In this document: one piece after another, positions 55,383 to 63,195 of the stretch | Position numbering within the stretch: the first letter of the stretch is position 1 | Layout of the letters: each line of letters opens with the position of its first letter | Source of the DNA: Puniceicoccales bacterium | Lineage (GTDB): Bacteria > Verrucomicrobiota > Verrucomicrobiia > Opitutales > JAIRLG01 | Length of the DNA stretch: 64,000 nt | Reading direction: 5' to 3' | Assembly: GCA_031255915.1 (NCBI GenBank) | Contig: JAIRRP010000052.1 | Span: 2,062-66,061, forward strand | Notes under the pieces: generated by a model | The model's database searches: none | The model's input: only the letters and a program-made list of their open reading frames with translations | What the model was told of the DNA's origin: nothing | Translations under genes and position numbers: made by a program

Positions 55383-55384
55383 TT

Positions 55385-56038
55385 TTAACATTTATTGAGA
55401 TTGCCTCGATGAATCATCGGCAAAAGATAGGAAGCCATACCTGCTGCGCTGGCTGCTTGGATACCTAAAGGACTATCTTCAATGACCAAGCAATATCTTG
55501 GACGGACGTTAAGCTTTTCCGCTGCCAAAAGAAATAAATCCGGAGCAGGCTTGGTATATTTCACATCTTCGCAAGTTACGATAACGGGAAAATACTCTTT
55601 TATGCCGATACCACTCAATGTCCTATGGACATATTCGCGATAGCCTCCTGAGGCCACGGCCAAAGGCTGCGATAAACGGTGGCATTGTTCCGCGAATTGT
55701 ACGACCGGTGTAATCGGCGTTACCTCACCTAATCGAGGCAGAAGAAACTCCTCCTGGTAGCGCCGCAAAGTGGCGAAATCGATGCTTTCATGGGAAGTAT
55801 GACAAATTTCCTCCAACGTCGTCTCCGTTTTCTGTCCCCCTCGGTTGCAAAAATATTCCCATTGAAAATCGTAGTGAGAGCCATAACGCTCGAGAGAATC
55901 TCTCCAGGCGAGAAAGAACAGCGGCATCGTGTCGACCAATGTCCCATCACAATCGAATATGACCGCTTCGAAAGAAGAAGCTTCAGGAAATAACATCGCG
56001 GGAAAATTCACCGCTTCCGGAGCTGAAGTGCTACCCAT
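55385..56038 (-). CDS. HAD-superfamily hydrolase (beta-phosphoglucomutase/phosphatase-like)
   Basis: Motif I AVIFDCDGTLVDT, motif II VASGG, and motif III/IV KPAPDLF ... VIEDSPLGIQAASAAGM. Confidence 0.8.
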   Translation of the reverse strand: MGSTSAPEAVNFPAMLFPEASSFEAVIFDCDGTLVDTMPLFFLAWRDSLERYGSHYDFQWEYFCNRGGQKTETTLEEICHTSHESIDFATLRRYQEEFLLPRLGEVTPITPVVQFAEQCHRLSQPLAVASGGYREYVHRTLSGIGIKEYFPVIVTCEDVKYTKPAPDLFLLAAEKLNVRPRYCLVIEDSPLGIQAASAAGMASYLLPMIHRGNLNKC

Positions 56039-56122
56039 ACTTTAGCAATGAAGAAATCGCCTAAATGTTTCCCTTAGGGGAACTGAAAAAATCACTATCC
56101 AACTGTATTTCACAATAGTAAC

Positions 56123-57646
56123 TCAGGCGTTTGTCTCTCCTGATGCAATCCTCGCTTTTTCAATCCGGACGCTTAATTTTTTGACAGAGAATAACCAAAT
56201 ACTGCAAATGCAGATAAAGATACCAAAGACATAGGGCGCAATGGTAAAGTAGGTAGCACCTGATATCAGCGCCAACATAGCCGCCTGAATCCAGGCACCT
56301 CCCGCTTTACCCAGGCGGCCACCCACGACATCCACAACCGCTTTCCCCTTTACCTTCATCTCCTCACTAAGCGGAATATAGGCCATCTCCTTCGTCAGAT
56401 CAAAAAGCGCATATTTCGTCGATTTCGCAATCGTTAAAATGACGGTACCCAAAAGAACAGCTGCCACCAATGGGGTTATACCCACGGTGCCCAAAAGGCC
56501 CGAAAGGTTCTCCTTAAAGAGGACAAATATGAAGAATAAACCTCCCAAAAGGAGCGTGATGGCCGGTGTAATAGCCGCGGCCGTGAACCAGCGGAAAGCG
56601 CGCAGTACATTCCCTCCGACAATCATCATGATGATGGAACAAATGCCGGTCCAAAAGGTGTAGCGGCTCATATAGGCATTGTACGCATTCGGATTGGTAC
56701 AATACTGCCCCAACTGCTTCTTCCAAAGCCCTTCCATCAGGTTAATACTAATGCCGTAACATACGATTAAAGAGGCAATGAGGAGTAGGTAAGGTGACAT
56801 GAAGATATCCTTCAAACTTTGCCAAAAGGGTGCTTTTTTCTTCTTCTTGGAGACGCCTGGCAACTCCGGCTTGTCGTAAAAACGCTTATCGGGTAGCACA
56901 TAGGCATAGATCCAACGATAGATGAGCATTGTCGATATCCCTGAAAACACAACCATACCCATGAGCCAATTCAGGGAAATCTGCCATGGATCCATCCCAG
57001 CGGCCGATGTATCGGTCATTACGGAAAATTTTTCCCCTAACCATCCGGAGAATAGCAACGCCACCTGGGCCATAAGCCCAAAAAAGGCGTACACACGCTT
57101 CGCCTCTGATGTCTTCGTGACCTGATTGGCGAATTGCCAAAAGGAGAGGGATAAAATGGCACTGCCCCAAATTTCAGCGAGGATATAGAAGAGTGCATAG
57201 GACCAAATGCCGACGATGGCCAGTGGCCATCTCAAAAATTCCGGTGCGGCCGCTTGCCATGCATGTACCGTCTCTACGGAGGGATGCAGTAGGCTTAAAT
57301 TAGGGTAAATGAGGAACGCGAAAGCCCCAAAAAAAGCGATAAACGGCGTGAGCGTGGCGTAGAACAACTTCTCGTTACTCAAAATATCACTCGCTTTCGC
57401 GTACAAAAGCATGAAAATGACCGCCGATGGCATGACGCAAAAGCCCTTCAGGAAGGGAATGACCTCCGCATCGGAGCCCGGTCCCGTGACCACGAGAGCA
57501 TCTTTGATATTCCTCAGGCAGGAATAATTGAATAAGATGAAAAAGAAAATCAAACTCATCGGAATAACCTTCTTCAACTCGTAAGCATGGATGGGGAAGA
57601 AAACCTTACGCCATTTACCGAACTCTGGCTGCATCACCTCAGACAT
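56123..57646 (-). CDS. tlcA: ATP/ADP translocase (TLC/NTT nucleotide transporter family)
   Basis: 507-aa multi-pass protein. FFPIHAYELKKVIPMSLIFFFILFNYSCLRNIKDALVV...AEVIPFLK...ILAEIWGSAILSLSFWQFANQVTKTSEAKRVYAFFG parallels chlamydial Npt1 / rickettsial Tlc almost motif for motif (from memory). Confidence 0.88.
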   Translation of the reverse strand: MSEVMQPEFGKWRKVFFPIHAYELKKVIPMSLIFFFILFNYSCLRNIKDALVVTGPGSDAEVIPFLKGFCVMPSAVIFMLLYAKASDILSNEKLFYATLTPFIAFFGAFAFLIYPNLSLLHPSVETVHAWQAAAPEFLRWPLAIVGIWSYALFYILAEIWGSAILSLSFWQFANQVTKTSEAKRVYAFFGLMAQVALLFSGWLGEKFSVMTDTSAAGMDPWQISLNWLMGMVVFSGISTMLIYRWIYAYVLPDKRFYDKPELPGVSKKKKKAPFWQSLKDIFMSPYLLLIASLIVCYGISINLMEGLWKKQLGQYCTNPNAYNAYMSRYTFWTGICSIIMMIVGGNVLRAFRWFTAAAITPAITLLLGGLFFIFVLFKENLSGLLGTVGITPLVAAVLLGTVILTIAKSTKYALFDLTKEMAYIPLSEEMKVKGKAVVDVVGGRLGKAGGAWIQAAMLALISGATYFTIAPYVFGIFICICSIWLFSVKKLSVRIEKARIASGETNA

Positions 57647-57779
57647 AATTATTTAACCTCTCCTTTGAGGGAACTTCGAAATCACTTCAGAATGAGTTTC
57701 CTCAAAAGAAGCAAGCTTTTTCACTTTCCAACGCTTGAAATTGCAATTTTCCTAGGGCTGCGTCCTGGCCTTCGATGGG

Positions 57780-57883
57780 CTCACCGCCTTTGAGCCCTTC
57801 GGGCTCTTGCCCGCTGTGCAGGCTGCGGGAAGGAAAAATGAAAGCTCCCGCTTTGCATTTTTTCTTACCGCAAAGGCGGTGAG
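57780..57883 (+). repeat. GC-rich cloverleaf-like repeat, copy R4
   Basis: ctcaccgcctttgagcccttcgggctcttgcccgctgtgcaggctgcgggaaggaaaaatgaaagctcccgctttgcattttttcttaccgcaaaggcggtgag. Confidence 0.85.
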
Positions 57884-57927
57884 CCAGAACCAGAATCTTC
57901 CTCCATGCCCCGGCACATTCCAAAAAA

Positions 57928-58380
57928 TCATGTTACGTAAGGCATCAATACCTCCAACCATGCCCTAGGAGGCTTACAAACACCACCACCTTTTCGGACA
58001 AACGCATGGCGAGAACTCCCGTCAAAAAGCCTCTTGCCCTGGCGTTCGATGGCGTAGATAATCTCAACGCGCGAACGCGGTAGCTCCTGAATTTCAGCCC
58101 ATACGGACAGGTCGTCATCAAAATACGCCGAAGCGCGGTACTTGGCCTGCAGCTCCACCACCGGCAGATAAAATCCTTCCACCTCGATCCTCTTGTAGGG
58201 ATAACCCATGACATCCATCAATGCTACACGAGCCACCTCACACCATACCCAGTAATGCGCATGATGCACGACGCCCATAACATCGGTCTCGGCGTAGCGA
58301 ACACGGATATCTACTTTATTTCTAATCATGATATGAGAAATCATATCATCCGCACACCCAAATAAATCAAGCCATTTCAC
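57928..58380 (-). CDS. ybgC: acyl-CoA thioesterase, YbgC/4HBT hotdog family
   Basis: IRVRYAETDVMGVVHHAHYWVWCEVARVALM is the family N-terminal motif. The start is uncertain (58380, 58344 or 58329). Confidence 0.8.
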   Translation of the reverse strand: MKWLDLFGCADDMISHIMIRNKVDIRVRYAETDVMGVVHHAHYWVWCEVARVALMDVMGYPYKRIEVEGFYLPVVELQAKYRASAYFDDDLSVWAEIQELPRSRVEIIYAIERQGKRLFDGSSRHAFVRKGGGVCKPPRAWLEVLMPYVT

Positions 58381-58392
58381 TCTGGAGTTCCA

Positions 58393-59205
58393 TTAAGGGG
58401 AAGTCCCGTTACGGCTCAATGAAGCTTGTGGAGGAGTTACCCCGTTGGTATTTCCACTTTGAGGTGTTGTCGATGACCATTCCGGCGCCTTGAACGGATG
58501 ACGGCTATGTTTCTTCAAGTAGATGAACCACTGCGTTTTGTCCTCAAATTGCAAGTAGAACCCTTCCGGTGGGTTCATCTTCCCCGAAGACGGTTTTATG
58601 GGCTGCAAAACGATATCCCATTTATCGCTGTCGAAGGTATAGTAGGCATAACCAAAATATATGCAGTGATGGAACAAAACCACATGCTCCGTGGCCGGAA
58701 GCCGCCAACGGCCGACTTTCGTATCCAGAGGCAAAAGGCGGTAGTGCAACCTTACACACTGCTTTTGGGCCTCGTATTCTAGATGGTACTCGATCACTTT
58801 CCCCTGTGGATTGCGGATAAACGGAGGCGTTGTGGAATTCTGCCAATACAGATGGAAATTATCCGGCGATGGATCCATATCTGTCCAATAGGGCCCTAAA
58901 TCTGTGTCTGAATTTTTGGAGCGAATCAAGGAGGCATACATTCCGTGTAATTTCACATAAGATTCCCGCAGGCTGTCTTCCAAAAACTTCTTCGCCACCA
59001 CCTGACCTTCCTCTTCCCAGTCCGGCTGTGCTTCGCGCTCCCACAATTCCACAAAGGTGGTGATCAGAGATACCGCCGCGAGTAAGACGCTGCCACCTAG
59101 CGCCAAGGCCAAGAGCATTTCGATCAGTGAAAACCCATTTCGTTTCACGTAGAGAGTTCTAGCCACATTTTGATAACTGTCAACGCGGCGAAAATGTCGC
59201 TCCAC
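58393..59205 (-). CDS. pseudopilin-like protein (prepilin-type N-terminal domain)
   Basis: KRNG|FSLIEMLLALALGGSVLLAAVSLI has Gly-1, Phe+1 and Glu+5. The rest is unrecognised. Confidence 0.65.
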   Translation of the reverse strand: MERHFRRVDSYQNVARTLYVKRNGFSLIEMLLALALGGSVLLAAVSLITTFVELWEREAQPDWEEEGQVVAKKFLEDSLRESYVKLHGMYASLIRSKNSDTDLGPYWTDMDPSPDNFHLYWQNSTTPPFIRNPQGKVIEYHLEYEAQKQCVRLHYRLLPLDTKVGRWRLPATEHVVLFHHCIYFGYAYYTFDSDKWDIVLQPIKPSSGKMNPPEGFYLQFEDKTQWFIYLKKHSRHPFKAPEWSSTTPQSGNTNGVTPPQASLSRNGTSP

Positions 59206-59898
59206 TTAAAATAATTTTTGCACCGCCTCTTTTGCAGCTGCCTCCTGGGCACGTTTTTTGGAATGTGAGCTCGCATGCCCATACAATTTTCCCTCTAGCC
59301 ACAGCTCGATTTCAAAAACTTTTTGCAATCCTTCTCCCTCTTCTTTCACCAGGCGATAATCGACGCTCCAGGCCGGCGTCTGGCTTTGGGCATATTCCTG
59401 AATTCTCCCCTTGGGATTATATTCCTGTATCGCTAGCTCCACATGAGACTTGATGTCGCCAAACCAGGCCAACACGACCCGCTTCGTCGCTTTGAATCCC
59501 GCTTCGAGAAAAATAGCCCCCACCAGTGCCTCCAGGACGTCCTCCAGAACAGAAGGCCCCATCGGCCCCCCGGAGGCCTGAGTGCTGAAGCGGATCCATG
59601 GGCGAATGTCCAGGCTTTCCGCCAATTTCGCTAAAAATTTCCCATTTACCAAAGAACTCTTGTAGGTGGTGAGTTCCCCTTCCGGCATATTAGGGAACAG
59701 TTGAAAAAGCGTTTCCGTCAGGATCGCTGATAGAATGGCATCGCCCAAAAATTCCAAGCGCTCATAATTTTCCTGTGTCGAGAACGACGGGTGCGTCAGG
59801 GCTTTTTCGAGAAGTTGCTGCGATTTAAAGCGGTACCCTAACGTCTGTTTTAGGGCCTTTCTACTCGGCGACTGCCTCTGGCCGAAGAAAATATTCAT
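59206..59898 (-). CDS. rnc: ribonuclease III
   Basis: Signature NYERLEFLGDAIL and a C-terminal dsRBD (KGRIQEYAQ ... SSHSKKRAQEAAAKEAVQKL). The start at 59898 forms an ATGA overlap with the upstream GT8 stop. The listed longer ORF overlaps that gene. Confidence 0.9.
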   Translation of the reverse strand: MNIFFGQRQSPSRKALKQTLGYRFKSQQLLEKALTHPSFSTQENYERLEFLGDAILSAILTETLFQLFPNMPEGELTTYKSSLVNGKFLAKLAESLDIRPWIRFSTQASGGPMGPSVLEDVLEALVGAIFLEAGFKATKRVVLAWFGDIKSHVELAIQEYNPKGRIQEYAQSQTPAWSVDYRLVKEEGEGLQKVFEIELWLEGKLYGHASSHSKKRAQEAAAKEAVQKLF

Positions 59899-60887
59899 GA
59901 TTTTTGCGATGAGAATAGGCGTTTTATGGGATTTCGCAGAGCCCTGCGCAGAAACCTCTCGATGAAGGACAACCTGTGCAGTATCGACTGGCATTTCATG
60001 GGCTTTATCTGTTGAGCGGTGTCCTGTAAACGCTTTAAATCCTCCGCAAAGGGTGTGCGGGCACATGTTTCCCAGAAAAGATGCGTCAGATAGTAGCACC
60101 CAAAACGTCGTGGAAGTTGCAGGGGCCCTTGCCCGTTAAAGCATTTTATTTCCAGGGCTTCTGAAAATGATTTCCAGGGCTTTTGATAAATGAAATGAAC
60201 GATTTTCGGCTCCTCTTCACGACCGGGGTAAAAATTTCTATAGTCAAATTTGTTCCAGTCGGGAGCCAATGGGTAATAATTCCCATCGATGATGATGTTC
60301 AATGCATCCTGTTCTGGAAAATCAAATGGCCCTCTCGCTTGAATAAGCCTTATGAGGCTTGCCGTAATTCCTTTATCCCTCCATCGATTCAGATCGATGA
60401 GCAGGACGCCCACATTAAAATAATCCGCTGATTTATGCCGCCTCAATCGGCGATTATGTGCCTTCACCGGTGCAAAGCCTTTTTCAGACCTCGCTGCAAA
60501 GGCGTGTGGCTTGATACCCAGATGATAGAGAGATTCCCATTCACCTAAAACCAGCGTATCGCTGTCGAGATAGAGCACCCGCGAAGCTTGGGGTAAAATT
60601 TCTGCCAAAAAAATACGGGCATATACTTCGTGATGCGGATATTTTTCCGTTACGGGAAGTTCCCAGATGACCTTTGGAAGAGGAGGAAAATGGAGCTGTA
60701 GGGCAGAGAAATTTTCTTGCAGCTGCTGTAACTTCTGTCGGGATGTGGCCGAAAGTTTGCCGCTTAGGATATGCACATGGACGGGTGCCGTGCCATGATA
60801 ATGTTCCATCAATGACCAAAGCGCCACGGCAGTGAATTGGACGTAGGTATCATTACAGGCAAAGGCAATGTGAATCGTGCTTTCCAT
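59895..60887 (-). CDS. glycosyltransferase family 8 (LPS/lipooligosaccharide-type)
   Basis: IHIAFACNDTYVQFTAVALWSL, VLYLDSDTLV (DxD) and YFNVGVLLIDLNRWR. Confidence 0.82.
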   Translation of the reverse strand: MESTIHIAFACNDTYVQFTAVALWSLMEHYHGTAPVHVHILSGKLSATSRQKLQQLQENFSALQLHFPPLPKVIWELPVTEKYPHHEVYARIFLAEILPQASRVLYLDSDTLVLGEWESLYHLGIKPHAFAARSEKGFAPVKAHNRRLRRHKSADYFNVGVLLIDLNRWRDKGITASLIRLIQARGPFDFPEQDALNIIIDGNYYPLAPDWNKFDYRNFYPGREEEPKIVHFIYQKPWKSFSEALEIKCFNGQGPLQLPRRFGCYYLTHLFWETCARTPFAEDLKRLQDTAQQIKPMKCQSILHRLSFIERFLRRALRNPIKRLFSSQKS

Positions 60888-60962
60888 AAAACATCCATAA
60901 AACCCATGAGAATTCCCATCAAAGATACAATTTAAATCCCTCCACGAGGAAACATTCAGCTA

Positions 60963-61113
60963 TTAGAAAATGTCGTCAAATAAAAGATTGATAAAGGGAG
61001 AAAAAGAAGGAGAGAGAAGGAATAAAAAAAAGGACACATAGGAAACTTGTTTCTGCATTCCACATCCACTCCATCTCTCTTTTGGTTGCTTGATTTTGAT
61101 GATACCCTCTAGG
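60963..61113. repeat. AT-rich palindromic MITE-like repeat, copy F
   Basis: ttagaaaatgtcgtcaaataaaagattgataaagggag...cttgtttctgcattccacatccactcc...gcttgattttgatgataccctctagg. Confidence 0.85.
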
Positions 61114-61156
61114 TTCCGGAAGGTCTCTAGGGCGTCTCAGGTCGATGGGGCGGGTT

Positions 61157-61256
61157 TGCCGCCTTTGAGCCCAAAGGGCTCTGGCCCGCTGCGCGGGCCG
61201 CGGGAAGGAAAAATGAAAGCTCCCGCTTTGCATTTTTCCTTACCGCAAAGGCGGCA
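61157..61256 (+). repeat. GC-rich cloverleaf-like repeat, copy R5 (best-preserved copy)
   Basis: The outer stem tgccgcctttg/caaaggcggca encloses three hairpins: gagccc-aaa-gggctc, ggcccgc-tgc-gcgggcc and aaggaaaaatg-aaagc-tccc-gcttt-g-catttttcctt. Confidence 0.9.
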
Positions 61257-61294
61257 GGCCGAATCCTCCCGAGCTTGGGAGTTTTGTCTTTGTC

Positions 61295-61443
61295 CTAAAA
61301 GGTGTTGTCCAAAAAGGTCGACAAAGGGAAAAAGAGAGAAGAAAGATGGAATGGAAAAAAGGACATATAGGAGACTTGTTTCTGCATTCCACATTCGCTC
61401 ACTCTCTCTTTTGGTTCCCTGATTTTGACGACACTCTCTAAGG
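61295..61443. repeat. AT-rich palindromic MITE-like repeat, copy G
   Basis: ctaaaaggtgttgtccaaaaaggtcgacaaagggaaaaagagag...cttgtttctgcattccacattcgctc...ccctgattttgacgacactctctaagg. The recJ stop and last codon lie in its right end. Confidence 0.85.
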
Positions 61444-63162
61444 AGAAGAATGTTTCCAATCGATGAGTTCGAGGCGGATGGAACGTCGGCACTGCCAATA
61501 TTCCCAGGATACTTTGATGGCCAAATCAAGTGGACAGTGGATGGGAGGAATGTGCCGAATACCGTTCCAATAGATGCATGAGAAGGAAGGATTGAGACCA
61601 TCTGCGATAAAAAGCCGAATATGTTTTTTATCTTTTCCGAAAATTTCGGCTTCTTCCGTAAGCGTAATTTGGTTCAATGCAAAGATAGGTTCCGGATTAT
61701 CCTGTCCATAAGGCTGTAATTTTTCAAGATCTGTGAGGAAATGATCATCGATTTCATCCAGCGAAATAGCTTTGGAAATCAAAAGTTCACAGCTATTTTT
61801 ATCGAGATTCTGTTGGCATGTAAGTACAGCCTCTTGAAATGTTTTTTGGAGCAGCGGGACATTTTCCAGCTTCAAAGAAATGCCGACGGCCATGGGATGA
61901 CCTCCCCAAGATTCCAATAAATGCGCGCAGGGCGTTAATATCTTTACGAGGTCATAGCCGGCTACACTTCGACCAGAGCCTTTTGCCAACCCGCGCTCCT
62001 CGCCAAGAACGATGCAGGGACGTTGGTAATCACGGGAAAATTTTCCACAGACGATGCCGACGATACCGGAATGCCAAGCGGGATTGAAGAAAAAGATCCC
62101 CGGCAGATGTTCCATGGTCTTGAATTTTTCCTCCGCTTCTGCAATGATCGCCCGCTCGATCTTCTGACGCTCGGTATTCATTTCGTCGAGACTTTGGGCG
62201 AGAATCGAAGCTTCCTGCCTGTCTTCCGAAAGAAGCATCTGCACGGGAACAACGGCATCGGCCAGTCGACCACTGGCATTGATGCGAGGTCCCAATCGAA
62301 AGGAAATGTCCTCAGGAAGAACGGGTTGTTCCGCAGGTATTTGTGTGATGCGGCAAAGCGCATCGATACCGGTTCGTCGTGTTTGAGAAAAATGCCGTAG
62401 CCCGAAATGGGCTAGGATGCGGTTTTCACCGGCCAATGAGACGAGGTCGGCGATGGTTCCCATCGCGACGAGATCGAGTTCTTGCCGTAGATGAAAGTTA
62501 AATGCGCGAGGATCTTCTTTTTTTCGAAAATATTTCAAAAATGCGTGGATGAGTTTGAACATTAATCCAGCGGTGCAGAGGTAACGCCATGGAGGATTCT
62601 GTTCGGTATCGAAAACATGGGGATTGATTAAAATGCAATCTTTTGGGAGCTCGTTGTTGGATTGATGATGATCGATAATTAAAACTTGGATACCAAGAGT
62701 CCTCAGCTTCTGGATTTGGGTGACGGCATTCGTACCGCAGTCAAGGGCTATGACCAACCGAGGAGGTGAGTGCTGAAGCATGCGATCGACGATTTCAGAG
62801 GACATGCCATAACCTTCCGTGAAGCGCCTGGGGATAAAGTATTGCGGTTGAAGTCCGAAATATCGGAGTAGACGGACGAGTAATGTCGTACTCGTAATGC
62901 CATCTACATCGTAATCGCCGATAATGCTGATAGCCCATTGCTCATGAACAGCTTTCTCCAAAAGCTCGATCGCTTCATGCATGTGCGTAATGGCAAAGGG
63001 ATCTTGAAGATGCGCCAGTTTGGGATGTAGAAATGCCTCTGCCGCTTGTGAAGTTTTTATGCCCCTGGAGACTAGGATATGGGCGATGGTGGGATGGATG
63101 CGTAACACATGGTAGAGATGTTCCACCGCTTCTTCATCAACTTCTAGCTGTCTCCATGTCAC
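61438..63162 (-). CDS. recJ: single-stranded-DNA-specific exonuclease RecJ
   Basis: DHH motifs IIGDYDVDGITST, LDCGT, VLIIDHH and GGHPMAVG. Confidence 0.9.
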   Translation of the reverse strand: MTWRQLEVDEEAVEHLYHVLRIHPTIAHILVSRGIKTSQAAEAFLHPKLAHLQDPFAITHMHEAIELLEKAVHEQWAISIIGDYDVDGITSTTLLVRLLRYFGLQPQYFIPRRFTEGYGMSSEIVDRMLQHSPPRLVIALDCGTNAVTQIQKLRTLGIQVLIIDHHQSNNELPKDCILINPHVFDTEQNPPWRYLCTAGLMFKLIHAFLKYFRKKEDPRAFNFHLRQELDLVAMGTIADLVSLAGENRILAHFGLRHFSQTRRTGIDALCRITQIPAEQPVLPEDISFRLGPRINASGRLADAVVPVQMLLSEDRQEASILAQSLDEMNTERQKIERAIIAEAEEKFKTMEHLPGIFFFNPAWHSGIVGIVCGKFSRDYQRPCIVLGEERGLAKGSGRSVAGYDLVKILTPCAHLLESWGGHPMAVGISLKLENVPLLQKTFQEAVLTCQQNLDKNSCELLISKAISLDEIDDHFLTDLEKLQPYGQDNPEPIFALNQITLTEEAEIFGKDKKHIRLFIADGLNPSFSCIYWNGIRHIPPIHCPLDLAIKVSWEYWQCRRSIRLELIDWKHSSP

Positions 63163-63195
63163 TGTAGGTACTTCTTTCTCTTATTATTTTGCCAT

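Noticed and set aside
57702-57961. ORFs 57702..57923 and 57752..57961 (minus), and likewise 40107..40376, 40176..40472, 35582..35788, 61090..61422 and 61137..61601, encoding KAGAFIFPSR / GPEPEGLKGG-type peptides.
   Set aside because: All are translations of the GC-rich repeat in one or the other orientation. They recur at every copy and have no start context, so they are repeat artefacts and not a protein family.
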